From positions 117 to 64,116 of the forward strand of contig NZ_JBBIMD010000002.1 in assembly GCF_037444525.1 (NCBI RefSeq): a stretch of 64,000 nt of DNA, read 5' to 3'. Source of the DNA: Thermus sp. (GTDB lineage: Bacteria > Deinococcota > Deinococci > Deinococcales > Thermaceae). A model generated the notes under the pieces. That model saw only the letters and a list, made by a program, of their open reading frames with translations. It had not been told where the DNA came from and ran no database searches. Every line of letters begins with the position of its first letter. Position 1 is the stretch's first letter. The position numbers were made by a program, and so were the translations under genes. This document shows, in pieces, positions 1-9,065 of this stretch.

Positions 1-28
1 GGAACAGGCGCGCCTTCCCTCCCAAGGG

Positions 29-562
29 GTGTCCCTGTTTAGGCTCCTTGGCGCCTTCTTCTATGTGGGCCTCACCGCCTTCGGCGGGGGGGGATCCGCG
101 CACCTTTACCAGCTCCTGGTGGTGCGGCGGGGATGGCTGAGCGAGGGGGAGTTTTTGGAGGCCGCTGCCCTGTGCCGGCTGCTTCCCGGGCCGGTCTTTG
201 CCAACCTGGCCGCTCACCTGGGCGCCCGGCTTGGGGGGGTGCTGGGAGGCATGGCGGCACTGGTGGGAGTTTTGGCGCCCGGATCGAGCCTGATGCTGCT
301 CTTAAGCCTGGCTTACCTGGGCTCCGGAACCCAGCCCGGTCCCTCCGCCAAGGGAGCCCTGGCAGGGGTCATGGCCTCAGCCCTGGGGCTAATGCTGGCC
401 ACCACCTGGCACCAGGCCCGGATCGGGCTGGACTCACCCAAGGCGCTTCTCCTGGCCCTCGGGGTATTCCTGGCCTACGGCCTCCTCCACTGGCCCCTGC
501 CCGTGGTCCTCCTGCTCGCCGCCCCGGTGGGGGTTGCCCTGTACTGGAGGGAAAGCCGGTGA
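29..562 (+). CDS. Chromate transporter, short-chain ChrA subunit 1
   Basis: Hydrophobic ORF with the CHR-family motifs GLTAFGGG and LLPGP; its stop overlaps the next start (GTGA). Confidence 0.85.
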   Translation: MSLFRLLGAFFYVGLTAFGGGGSAHLYQLLVVRRGWLSEGEFLEAAALCRLLPGPVFANLAAHLGARLGGVLGGMAALVGVLAPGSSLMLLLSLAYLGSGTQPGPSAKGALAGVMASALGLMLATTWHQARIGLDSPKALLLALGVFLAYGLLHWPLPVVLLLAAPVGVALYWRESR

Positions 563-1074
563 GGGTCCTCGAGGTCTTCGCCACGTTTTTCTACCTGGGC
601 CTTGTGAGCTTCGGGGGGGGGATGGCCAACCTGCCCGAGATGGCCCGAATCCTCGTCGCCAAGGGATGGGTCACCCCCCAGCAGTTCGCGGATGGCTTCG
701 CCCTAGGGCAGTTCGTACCCGGACCCAACATGCTGGCGGTGGTGTTCTACGGCCTGAGCGCAGGAGGCCTGGGTGGAGCCCTGGCTGCTCTGGCGGGCAT
801 GTTCCTGCCCGGGGCCACAGGAGCCCTCTTGCTGGTGCAGGTGTGGGAGAAGATGGCACGCGCCCGGTGGAGCCGGGCCTTGCGCCGGACCCTGATCCCC
901 ATCAGCGTAGGTCTCGCCCTCAGCACCCTGCTGGTGCTTGCCCAAGTGGGCCTGGGGGGTCCAGGAAGCCTCCTCCTGATGGGGATGGCCGCCCTGCTGA
1001 TCCACCGGGGCGCCAGCCCCTTGGGGGTGCTTCTGGTGGGGGGAGGGCTAGGCCTAGTGGCCTCCTGGTTGTAG
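559..1074 (+). CDS. Chromate transporter, short-chain ChrA subunit 2
   Basis: GTG at 559 inside track ORF 133..1074; GLVSFGGG and QFVPGPN motifs; paired with the preceding gene as in heterodimeric SCHR transporters. Confidence 0.85.
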   Translation: MRVLEVFATFFYLGLVSFGGGMANLPEMARILVAKGWVTPQQFADGFALGQFVPGPNMLAVVFYGLSAGGLGGALAALAGMFLPGATGALLLVQVWEKMARARWSRALRRTLIPISVGLALSTLLVLAQVGLGGPGSLLLMGMAALLIHRGASPLGVLLVGGGLGLVASWL

Positions 1075-1444
1075 ACCCAGGGGCGCGGCTCACGTCAGCC
1101 CGCAGGGCTACCTTGCTGACCAGGGGGGAGCGTTCTTGAGCTACGAGTGGGTGGGGACGCTGCTTTTGCGGGACCATCAGCGGCTTTCATACAGCCTCAT
1201 GGGGGCGAAAGGAAATCCAGTAGTGGAAAATTTCTTTGGTCAGGGCAAGGTAACCTGACGGCTGACCAAGGGGGAGGCGAAGGACCTATTCCTGGGTCAG
1301 CCCGAGGACCATCTTGAAGCCAAGACTCCGGAGGATTTGCACCTATACAGGTGAATAACCTAAAGGGGGGTAGAACACGAAGGAATGTGGTGTAGCTTTC
1401 TTACATAAAGAGGCTCAAGGGTATATTGGGGGAGGAGGTGAGGG

Positions 1445-2302
1445 ATGGGGTACGCGCATCCTGAGGTCCTGGTCAGCACGGAGTGGGTGGCCCAGAACCT
1501 GGAGAACCCCCAGGTGCGGATCCTGGAGGTGGACGAGGACGTGCTCCTCTACGAGACCGGACACATCCCTGGAGCCCAGAAGGTTGACTGGCAGCGGGAC
1601 TTCTGGGACCCGGTGGTGCGGGACTTCATAGACGAGGAGGCCTTCGCCAAGCTCATGGAAAGGCTCGGCATCTCCAACGACACCACCGTGGTCCTCTACG
1701 GGGACAAGAACAACTGGTGGGCGGCCTACGCCTTCTGGTTCTTCAAGTACAACGGCCACCAGGACGTGCGCCTCATGAACGGGGGGCGGCAGAAGTGGGT
1801 GGAGGAGGGCCGGCCCCTCACCACCGAGGTCCCCTCCTACCCCCCGGGCCGCTACGAGGTCCCCTACCGGGACGAGTCCATCCGCGCCTACCGGGACGAC
1901 GTCCTGGAGCACATCATCAAGGTGCGGGAGGGCAAGGGGGCCCTGGTGGACGTGCGGAGCCCCGAGGAGTACCGGGGCGAGCTCACGCACATGCCCAACT
2001 ACCCCCAGGAAGGGGCCCTGCGGGCGGGGCACATCCCGGGGGCCAAGAACATCCCCTGGGCCAAGGCGGTGAACCCGGACGGCACCTTCAAAACCCCCGA
2101 GGAGCTTAGGGCCCTTTACGAACCCCTCGGGGTCAGCAGGGACAAGGACATCGTGGTCTACTGCCGCATCGCCGAGCGCTCCAGCCACTCCTGGTTCGTC
2201 CTCAAGTACCTCCTGGGCTACCCCCGGGTGAAGAACTACGATGGTTCCTGGACGGAGTGGGGCAACCTGGTGGGGGTGCCCATCGCCAAGGGGGAGGAGT
2301 AG
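1445..2302 (+). CDS. Thiosulfate/3-mercaptopyruvate sulfurtransferase (two-domain rhodanese)
   Basis: GHIPGA twice, active-site YCRIAERS, C-terminal YDGSWTEW signature; GGAGG ribosome-binding site upstream. Confidence 0.95.
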   Translation: MGYAHPEVLVSTEWVAQNLENPQVRILEVDEDVLLYETGHIPGAQKVDWQRDFWDPVVRDFIDEEAFAKLMERLGISNDTTVVLYGDKNNWWAAYAFWFFKYNGHQDVRLMNGGRQKWVEEGRPLTTEVPSYPPGRYEVPYRDESIRAYRDDVLEHIIKVREGKGALVDVRSPEEYRGELTHMPNYPQEGALRAGHIPGAKNIPWAKAVNPDGTFKTPEELRALYEPLGVSRDKDIVVYCRIAERSSHSWFVLKYLLGYPRVKNYDGSWTEWGNLVGVPIAKGEE

Positions 2303-2313
2303 CCCTTAGGCCC

Positions 2314-2347
2314 AAGGCCCCTACCCCTTTCCGGGGGTAGGGGCCTT
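2314..2347. terminator. Hairpin between convergent genes, probable bidirectional terminator
   Basis: Perfect 14-bp stem aaggcccctacccc/ggggtaggggcctt followed by ctt. Confidence 0.7.
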
Positions 2348-3193
2348 CTTCAGGGCCTCCTCCGCCAGGCGGCGGCCCGTGGGGGTGTCCGCTAGGCCCC
2401 CAAGACCCGTCTCCTTGAGCTCCAGGGGGAGGAGGCGGCCGATGCCCGCCATGGCCAGGATAACCTCGTCCGGGGGGATGACGCTCCGGACCCCCGCCAG
2501 GGCCATGGAGGCGGCGCTCACCGCGTGGACGGCGTAGAAGCCATTGCGCATCACGCAGGGCACCTCCACAAACCCCCCCACGGGGTCGCAGACCAGGCCC
2601 AGGGTGTTCTGGAGGGCCAGGGCGGCGGCATGGGCGCAGGCCTCTGGACTTCCCCCTAAGAGCTCGGTCACCGCGGCCGCGGCCATGGCGGCGCTGGACC
2701 CGATCTCCGCCTGGCACCCCCCGGTGGCCCCGGCGATATAGATCTGGCGGCTTATGATCTTGGCCACCCCTGCGGCCAGGACCATGGGCATGAGAAGGTC
2801 CTGGTCGGGTAGGCCCAGGTGGTCGGCCACGCCGAGGAGGGCCCCAGGAAGGGTGCCCGCGCTCCCTGCGGTGGGAGCGGCCACGATGCGGCCCATGCGG
2901 GCGTTCTCCTCGTTCACCGCCATGGCGTAGGCCTGGACCCGCTTGAGAAGGGGATCTTTCAGGGAGTCCGGGGCCTCCCAGAGGGTTTTGGCGTTCTTCC
3001 CCACCAGCCCCGCCACGCTCGGGGCGTCGGAAGCCAGGCCCCGGCGGATGGCATCCCGCATCACCTGAAGGCGCTCGGCCATCTCGCCCAGGATCTCTTC
3101 CCGACTTAGGCCGGTCTCTTCCAAGTCCTCCTGAAGCACGTGTTCAGAAGCCCGGCCCTCGAGGCGGGCGAGCTCGTTCAAGGTAAGCGGCAT
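2321..3193 (-). CDS. sdaAA: L-serine dehydratase, iron-sulfur-dependent, alpha subunit
   Basis: Motifs [43 protein letters not shown]; start placed at ATG 3193 (MPLTLNE). Confidence 0.93.
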   Translation of the reverse strand: MPLTLNELARLEGRASEHVLQEDLEETGLSREEILGEMAERLQVMRDAIRRGLASDAPSVAGLVGKNAKTLWEAPDSLKDPLLKRVQAYAMAVNEENARMGRIVAAPTAGSAGTLPGALLGVADHLGLPDQDLLMPMVLAAGVAKIISRQIYIAGATGGCQAEIGSSAAMAAAAVTELLGGSPEACAHAAALALQNTLGLVCDPVGGFVEVPCVMRNGFYAVHAVSAASMALAGVRSVIPPDEVILAMAGIGRLLPLELKETGLGGLADTPTGRRLAEEALKKAPTPGKG

Positions 3194-3198
3194 GGCTT

Positions 3199-3205
3199 TA
3201 GTATA
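3199..3205. promoter_or_regulatory. Overlapping divergent -10 elements for leaderless sdaAA and response-regulator mRNAs
   Basis: TAGTAT (+, 3199-3204) lies 7 nt before GTG 3212; TATACT (-, 3200-3205) lies 6 nt before ATG 3193. Confidence 0.6.
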
Positions 3206-3211
3206 GGGAAG

Positions 3212-3790
3212 GTGCGCCTCCTCATCGCGGACGACCACCCCCTTTTCCGCCTGGGGCTTAGGGTGGCCCTGGAGGAGGAGGGCCTCCAGGTGGTGGGGGA
3301 GGCCAAAGACGGCCTCGAGGCCCTGGAAAAGGCCCTGGTCCTGCAGCCCGACGCGGTCCTTTTGGACCTGAAAATGCCAAGCCTGGACGGGATTGCCTGC
3401 ACCGAGGCCCTAAGGGCCCGGGGATTTTCCGGCCTCATCGCCCTCCTCACCACCCACCAGGAGCCTGCCCTGCTCTTAAGAGCCCAAAGGGCGGGAGCGG
3501 ACGCCTTCTTTTCCAAGGAGCTCTCCGCGGCGGAGCTCAAAGAGCGCCTCCTCCGGGTGGCCCGGGGGGAGGAAGGGCTTAGGCCCCCGGAGCTTCCCAC
3601 CCTCACCCCCCGGGAGGAGGAGGTCCTCAGGCTCCTCGCCCAGGGGCTTCCCGCCAAGGCCATCGCCCGGGCCCTGGGGGTCTCCCCCGACACGGTGAAG
3701 GACCACCTGGAAAACCTCTACGCCAAGCTCTCCGCCAGGAACCGGGTGGAGGCTTTGGAACGGGCCAGGGTCCTGGGGTTTTTGCCCTAA
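3212..3790 (+). CDS. NarL/LuxR-family DNA-binding response regulator
   Basis: LIADDH receiver start, LLDLKMP phospho-Asp, LTPREEEVL...[13 protein letters not shown] LuxR HTH; GTG start at 3212. Confidence 0.92.
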   Translation: MRLLIADDHPLFRLGLRVALEEEGLQVVGEAKDGLEALEKALVLQPDAVLLDLKMPSLDGIACTEALRARGFSGLIALLTTHQEPALLLRAQRAGADAFFSKELSAAELKERLLRVARGEEGLRPPELPTLTPREEEVLRLLAQGLPAKAIARALGVSPDTVKDHLENLYAKLSARNRVEALERARVLGFLP

Positions 3791-3836
3791 AGGCCAAAGG
3801 CCCCGGGGATTCCGGGGGCCCCAACACCCATGGCCT

Positions 3837-4277
3837 TTAGGCCTCCCCGCCCCCTTGAGCCTTGGCCTCCTGGGCGGCCTCCTTGGCCTCGCGGGCGGCT
3901 TTCTGGTCCTGGGCGGTGCGGCGACGGTCCACCTTGAGCTTGCGGCGGATCTCCCGCTCGGAAAGGGAGCGGATGAAGTAGAGCTTGGCCCGGCGGGCCC
4001 GCCCCCGCTGGACGATCTCCACCTTGTCAATGAGGGGGGAGTTCATGGGGAAGATGCGCTCCACCCCCACCCCATAGCTCACCTTGCGCACGGTGAAGCT
4101 GGAGTTGTAGCCGTTGCGCTTGATCTTGATGACGATGCCCTCAAAGTTTTGGATGCGGGTGCGGTTGCCCTCCTTGACCCGGTAGGCCACCCGCACGGTG
4201 TCCCCGGGGCGGAACTCGGGCAGGTCGGTGCGTTCGTAGCGAGACTCCACCACCTTCAAAAGCGCTCCACGGTTCAT
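3837..4277 (-). CDS. rplS: 50S ribosomal protein L19
   Basis: [23 protein letters not shown] and RRAKLY motifs; position at the end of the ffh-trmD cluster. Confidence 0.98.
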   Translation of the reverse strand: MNRGALLKVVESRYERTDLPEFRPGDTVRVAYRVKEGNRTRIQNFEGIVIKIKRNGYNSSFTVRKVSYGVGVERIFPMNSPLIDKVEIVQRGRARRAKLYFIRSLSEREIRRKLKVDRRRTAQDQKAAREAKEAAQEAKAQGGGEA

Positions 4278-4333
4278 GCTGCCTCCTGATCCCAGAGGAA
4301 CCCTTAAGGGTTCGTGGGCAAACAGCCCTTAGT

Positions 4334-5053
4334 TTAGTCTTCCCGGCCCAGTTCCGCAAGCCAGGCCACCTCCTCCCGGCCAAGCCGGGCCCGGGCAAGG
4401 AGCTCAGGGCGGAAGAGGAGGGTGCGCTTCAGGGCTTCCTTTCTGCGCCAGCGAAGCACCTCCCCATGGTGGCCCGAAAGGAGGACCTCCGGCACCCCAA
4501 GCCCCCGGAAGAGGGGGGGGCGGGTGTAGTGGGGGTAGTCCAGAAGCCCCCGGACGAAGGAGTCCTCCCGGTGGCTTAAGGGGTCGCCGATGACCCCGGG
4601 GACGAGACGGGCGGTGGCCTCCAAGACCGCGAGGGCCGCCACCTCCCCCCCCATGAGGACGTAATCCCCCACGGAGAGGATGCGGGTGGCAAAGGCCTCG
4701 AGGCGGGCGTCAAACCCCTCGTAGCGGCCCGCAAGGAGGACGAGGTGCCCCTTCCCAGCCAGCTCCTCCGCCACCTCCTGCGTGAAGGGGACCCCGGCCG
4801 GGGAGAGGAGGATCACCTCGTCCGCGGGGAGGACGGACTCCAGGGCGGCCACGGCCACGTCCGGGCGGATGACCATCCCCGGCCCCCCTCCATAGGGGGT
4901 GTCGTCCACCGTGCGGTGGGGGCCCAGGCCGAAGGCCCTAAGGTCCACCACCTCCACCTGGAGGAGGCCCTTGGCCATGGCCTTCTGGATGAGGGACTCC
5001 TCCAACCAGGGCCGGATGAGCCCCGGGAAGAGGGTAAGGATGGAGTAGCGCAC
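4334..5053 (-). CDS. trmD: tRNA (guanine37-N1)-methyltransferase
   Basis: [43 protein letters not shown]; GTG start at 5053. Confidence 0.97.
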   Translation of the reverse strand: MRYSILTLFPGLIRPWLEESLIQKAMAKGLLQVEVVDLRAFGLGPHRTVDDTPYGGGPGMVIRPDVAVAALESVLPADEVILLSPAGVPFTQEVAEELAGKGHLVLLAGRYEGFDARLEAFATRILSVGDYVLMGGEVAALAVLEATARLVPGVIGDPLSHREDSFVRGLLDYPHYTRPPLFRGLGVPEVLLSGHHGEVLRWRRKEALKRTLLFRPELLARARLGREEVAWLAELGRED

Positions 5054-5055
5054 CG

Positions 5056-5161
5056 CTAAGTGCCCCACTGAAGCTTTCGCTTCGGTGGGGACCCCAGAAA
5101 GAGGGTTCAGCATGCCCTTCCTCCGAGCCTCATGAGGATTTTTCAATGCCCGGGCACTTAG
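5056..5161. repeat. MITE/REP-like element with 10-bp terminal inverted repeats and an internal palindrome
   Basis: CTAAGTGCCC (5056-5065) and GGGCACTTAG (5152-5161); internal hairpin ccccactgaagc-tttc-gcttcggtgggg; partial second copy at 38495. Confidence 0.65.
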
Positions 5162-5646
5162 TCAAATAGGCCGGGGATGGGCTCCACCAGGATCCGGCCC
5201 TCCTCCACCCGCACGTAAGGGGCCTGGAGGGGTACGAGGCGCTCCCGCTGGTCCCGAAGCCTCCCCCCCACCCCCCGGATGACCAGTACGTCCTGCGCCC
5301 CCGCGTCCAGGATGTCCGCCACCTCCCCCACCTGCTCCTCCCCCACGTAGACCGGGAGGCCCAGCAGGGCAAAGTAGTAGTACTGGCCCTCCTCCAAGGG
5401 GGGAAGGTCCTCCACCTCCGCGTAGACCCGAAGGCCCACCAGAGCCTCGGCCAGGTCCCGGGTGGAAACCCCCGCCAGGTGGAGGATGAGGTCCTCCCCC
5501 ACCCAGTACAGGTCTTCCACCGCCCGGAACCCGTGCCCCTCCACGTAAACCCGCTCCAGGTGGAACACCACGGGCTCCCCCCGGAAGCGAAGCCCGCCCT
5601 GAAGGGCGTAGGGGGCCCCAAAGCGGCCGATCTCCACAAGGCGCAT
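5158..5646 (-). CDS. rimM: 16S rRNA processing protein RimM
   Basis: [17 protein letters not shown] start, [19 protein letters not shown]-barrel C-terminus; synteny. Confidence 0.95.
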   Translation of the reverse strand: MRLVEIGRFGAPYALQGGLRFRGEPVVFHLERVYVEGHGFRAVEDLYWVGEDLILHLAGVSTRDLAEALVGLRVYAEVEDLPPLEEGQYYYFALLGLPVYVGEEQVGEVADILDAGAQDVLVIRGVGGRLRDQRERLVPLQAPYVRVEEGRILVEPIPGLFD

Positions 5647-5656
5647 ACCCCCCTCC

Positions 5657-5875
5657 CTAGCGCACCTCCACGCCCACCTTGCGCTTGGCATAGGCCCGCA
5701 CCAGGGTGCGGATGGACTCGATCACCCGGCCCTGTTTGCCGATGAGGCGGCCCTTGTCCTCGGGGTCCACCTCCACGATGTAGACCGGCCCCTCCCGGGT
5801 GCGCCGCTCCGCCACCCGCACCCGCTCGGGGTGGTCCACCACGCTCCGCGCCAGGTACTCCACCAAATCCCTCAT
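5657..5875 (-). CDS. khpA: KH-domain RNA-binding protein
   Basis: DKGRLIGKQGRVI GxxG loop; lies between rpsP and rimM. Confidence 0.9.
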   Translation of the reverse strand: MRDLVEYLARSVVDHPERVRVAERRTREGPVYIVEVDPEDKGRLIGKQGRVIESIRTLVRAYAKRKVGVEVR

Positions 5876-5889
5876 CCCTCCCATCCTAC

Positions 5890-5919
5890 AAAAAAGGAAG
5901 GGGCCGCTGGGCCCCCTCC
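5890..5919 (-). terminator. Intrinsic terminator after rpsP
   Basis: Minus-strand stem ggagggggcc/ggccccttcc followed by a T6 run. Confidence 0.7.
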
Positions 5920-5933
5920 TCCACCTTTGGGCC

Positions 5934-6188
5934 TTAGGCTTCCTTGCGGAAAACCCCCGCCAGGCGCAACAGGCGGCGGGCGGTGTCCGTGGGCTGGGCC
6001 CCCACGGAGAGCCAGTAGCGGGCCCGCTCCACGTCCACCTTGAGCCACTCTGGGGTGGTCTTGCGGGGGTCGTAGTAGCCGATCTTCTCCAGGTACGCCC
6101 CATCCCGCTTCCTGCGGGCATCGGTCACCACGATGCGATAGTGGGGGTTGTGCTTAGAGCCGAACCGAGAAAGGCGGATCTTGACCAT
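5934..6188 (-). CDS. rpsP: 30S ribosomal protein S16
   Basis: [33 protein letters not shown]. Confidence 0.99.
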   Translation of the reverse strand: MVKIRLSRFGSKHNPHYRIVVTDARRKRDGAYLEKIGYYDPRKTTPEWLKVDVERARYWLSVGAQPTDTARRLLRLAGVFRKEA

Positions 6189-6191
6189 GCG

Positions 6192-7490
6192 TTACCTCCA
6201 CATTCCCATGAATCCCCGGCCTTTGCGCTTCTCCAGGGATTTCATTAGGGCCTTGGTCTCCTCAAAGGCCTTGATGAGCCGGTTGATCTCCTGCACGGTG
6301 GTGCCGCTTCCCTTGGCGATGCGGCGACGGCGGGAGGCGTTGAGGATCCTGGGGTCCTTACGCTCCTCAGGGGTCATGGAGAGGACGATGGCCTCGAGGC
6401 GCTTCAGGGCCCCATCGTCCACCTGAACCCCCGCGGTGAGGCGGTTCGCCCCGGGCAGCATGGAGAGGATCTCGGAAAAGGAGCCCAGCCGCTTTAGGCC
6501 CTGCATCTGCTTGAGGAAGTCCTCCAGGGTGATCTCCTTGGCCGCCTTGGGGGCCTCGGCCTCTAGCCCCACGGCCCGTACCTTCTCCGCCAGGGTGGCC
6601 ACGTCCCCCATGCCCAGGATGCGGCTCGCCAGGCGGTCGGGGTAGAAGGGCTCTAAGCCTTCCGGCTTCTCCGAAACCCCGGCGAAGTAGATGGGCTTAC
6701 CCGTGACGTGGCGGGCGGAAAGGGCGGCCCCGCCTCGGGCATCCCCGTCCAGCTTGGTGAGGATGAGGCCCGTGACCCCAACCCTCTCGTCAAAGGCCCG
6801 GGCCACCCCCAGGGCCTCCTGGCCGGTCATGGCATCCAGGACCAGGAGGACCTCGTCGGGCTTCATGACCTCCTTGAGCCGGAAAAGCTCCTCCATGAGG
6901 GGCTCGTCAATCTGCAGGCGGCCCGCGGTGTCCACCAGGATGAGGTCCCGCACCTCCCGGCGCGCGGCCTCCTCCACCCGGCGGCGGATGGACTCCGGGC
7001 TCTCCCCGTCCATCACCTCCAGGACGGGCACCCCAATCCTCTCCCCCAGGATCCGGAGCTGGGCCCGGGCCGCGGGGCGCTGGGTGTCCGCGGCCACCAA
7101 GAGGGGGCGGCGACCCTTGGAGCGGTAGTAATGGGCCAGCTTGGCCGCGGTGGTGGTCTTGCCCGAACCCTGGAGACCCACCAGGAACCAGAGGTTCTTG
7201 TCCTTTAGGGTGGGCTGGCGGACCTCGCCCCCTAGGGCCTCCTTCAGGGCCTCGTACACCGTGGCGAGGACGATCTCCGCGGGGGTGAGGCTTTCCAGGA
7301 CCTTTTGCCCCAGGGCTCTTTGCCGCACCTCCTCTATGAAGGTGCGGGCCACCTCCAGGTTCACGTCCGCGTCAATGAGGGCCCGGCGGATCTCCCGCAG
7401 GGTTTCCTTCAGGTCCTCCTCGGTGATCCGGCCCCGGCCCCTCAGCCGGTCTATGGCCTCCTGGAGTTTGGCCGTAAGCCGCTCAAACAT
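6192..7490 (-). CDS. ffh: Signal recognition particle protein Ffh
   Basis: GLQGSGKTTT, DTAGR, TKLDGDARGG, M-domain RRRRIAKGSG; ATG 7490 (MFERL). Confidence 0.98.
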   Translation of the reverse strand: MFERLTAKLQEAIDRLRGRGRITEEDLKETLREIRRALIDADVNLEVARTFIEEVRQRALGQKVLESLTPAEIVLATVYEALKEALGGEVRQPTLKDKNLWFLVGLQGSGKTTTAAKLAHYYRSKGRRPLLVAADTQRPAARAQLRILGERIGVPVLEVMDGESPESIRRRVEEAARREVRDLILVDTAGRLQIDEPLMEELFRLKEVMKPDEVLLVLDAMTGQEALGVARAFDERVGVTGLILTKLDGDARGGAALSARHVTGKPIYFAGVSEKPEGLEPFYPDRLASRILGMGDVATLAEKVRAVGLEAEAPKAAKEITLEDFLKQMQGLKRLGSFSEILSMLPGANRLTAGVQVDDGALKRLEAIVLSMTPEERKDPRILNASRRRRIAKGSGTTVQEINRLIKAFEETKALMKSLEKRKGRGFMGMWR

Positions 7491-7590
7491 GCACCACTCC
7501 TCGGCCCCCATCCCAGGGCCGCGCTCCAGGATAGGCCACTCTCCCTTAGCGTGTCAACCTCAATTTTTCTGATATTTCTAGCGGGCACGG

Positions 7591-7619
7591 TTGACAGGGG
7601 CCCGGGGGCTCCCTAGGCT
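7591..7619 (+). promoter_or_regulatory. Sigma-A promoter of the mgtE leader
   Basis: TTGACA, 17-nt spacer, TAGGCT. Confidence 0.8.
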
Positions 7620-7629
7620 GGAAAAGGTT

Positions 7630-7665
7630 ATGGGCGAGCGACTGCCCTCGAGTCCCAGGCCCTGA
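7630..7665 (+). CDS. Putative proline-rich leader peptide MGERLPSSPRP
   Basis: 11-codon ORF just after the promoter with three CCC Pro codons; followed by mutually exclusive hairpins that include the mgtE Shine-Dalgarno. Confidence 0.5.
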   Translation: MGERLPSSPRP

Positions 7666-7707
7666 GGGCCGCCCAAGGGCGGCCTTCGGGCAGAAAGGAG
7701 GCCGCCT

Positions 7708-9054
7708 TTGGAGAGCGTCCTGAACCCCATAGTCCAGGCCCTAGAAGAGGGCGACACCCTAAAGCTGAAAAGCATCCTGGAACACACCCACCCCCAGGCC
7801 CTCCTGGAGGTCTGGGACGAGCTTAAGGGCGAACACCGCTACGTCCTCCTCACCCTCCTCTCCAAGGAAAAGGCGGCGGAGGTCTTCTCCCACCTGCCCC
7901 CGGAGGCCCAGGCGGAGTACCTGAAAACCCTCCCCCCCTGGCGGGTGCAGGAGGTCCTGGGGGAGCTCTCCCTGGACGACCTGGCGGATGCCCTGCAGGC
8001 GGTGGAGGCGGAGGACCCCGACCTGGCCCGCCGCCTCAAGGCCAGCCTAGACCCCAAGACGCGGGCCGAAGTGGAGGAGCTTGCCCAGTACGAGGAGGAT
8101 GAGGCGGGCGGCCTCATGACCCCGGAGTACATCGCCCTCAAGTCCTCCATGACCGTGGAGGAGGTCCTGCGCTTCCTGAGAAGGGCCGCCCCCGACGCGG
8201 AGACCATCTACTACCTCTACGTGGTGGACGAGGAAGGGCGCCTCATCGGGGTCCTCTCCTTGAGGGACCTCATCGTGGCCGACCCCAGGACCCGGGTGAA
8301 GGAGATCATGAACCCGGAGGTGGTCTTCGTCCGCACGGACACCGACCAGGAGGAGGTGGCCCGCCTCATGGCGGACTACGACTTCACCGTCTTGCCCGTG
8401 GTGGACGAGGAGGGGAAGCTGGTGGGCATCGTCACCATTGACGACGTGGTGGACGTGCTGGAGGAGGAGGCCACGGAGGACATCCACAAGCTGGCCGCGG
8501 TGGACGTTCCGGATCTGGTCTATAGCCAGGCCTCCCCGGTCCAGCTGTGGCTCGCCCGGGTGCGCTGGCTGGTGATCCTCATCCTCACGGGCATGCTCAC
8601 CAGCTCCATCCTCCAAGGGTTTGAAAGCGTCCTGGAGGCGGTCACCGCCCTGGCCTTCTACGTGCCCGTCCTCCTGGGCACCGGGGGGAACACGGGCAAC
8701 CAGTCGGCCACCCTCATCGTCCGCGCCCTGGCCACCCGGGACCTGGACCTGAAGGACTGGCGGCGGGTGCTCATGAAGGAAGCGGTGGTGGGCAGCCTCC
8801 TGGGCCTCACCCTGGCCCTCCTTCTCCTCCTCAAGGTGGCCTGGGACGGCCACCCCGCCCTCCTCCCCGTGGTGGGGGTGGCCCTCTTCCTCCTGGTCCT
8901 CTTCGCCAACCTGGTGGGGTCCATGCTCCCCATGGCCCTAAGGCGGCTTGGGGTGGACCCCGCCCTGGTTTCCAACCCCCTCATCGCCACCCTCTCGGAC
9001 GTGATGGGCCTCCTCATCTACCTGATGGTGGCCCGGACCCTCCTTGGCCTATAG
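7708..9054 (+). CDS. mgtE: Magnesium transporter MgtE
   Basis: N-domain, tandem CBS (AGGLMTPEY), transmembrane GGNTGNQS and PLIATLSD motifs; TTG start after AGGAG. Confidence 0.97.
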   Translation: MESVLNPIVQALEEGDTLKLKSILEHTHPQALLEVWDELKGEHRYVLLTLLSKEKAAEVFSHLPPEAQAEYLKTLPPWRVQEVLGELSLDDLADALQAVEAEDPDLARRLKASLDPKTRAEVEELAQYEEDEAGGLMTPEYIALKSSMTVEEVLRFLRRAAPDAETIYYLYVVDEEGRLIGVLSLRDLIVADPRTRVKEIMNPEVVFVRTDTDQEEVARLMADYDFTVLPVVDEEGKLVGIVTIDDVVDVLEEEATEDIHKLAAVDVPDLVYSQASPVQLWLARVRWLVILILTGMLTSSILQGFESVLEAVTALAFYVPVLLGTGGNTGNQSATLIVRALATRDLDLKDWRRVLMKEAVVGSLLGLTLALLLLLKVAWDGHPALLPVVGVALFLLVLFANLVGSMLPMALRRLGVDPALVSNPLIATLSDVMGLLIYLMVARTLLGL

Positions 9055-9065
9055 TGGGGAAAGCC

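Noticed and set aside
7491-7600. SRP (4.5S) RNA gene next to ffh
   Set aside because: No domain IV motif with its GGAA tetraloop context is recognisable; the region reads as divergent promoters.
7620-7707. M-box (ykoK) Mg2+ riboswitch upstream of mgtE
   Set aside because: The leader is only about 80 nt and lacks recognisable M-box sequence; a leader-peptide model fits better.
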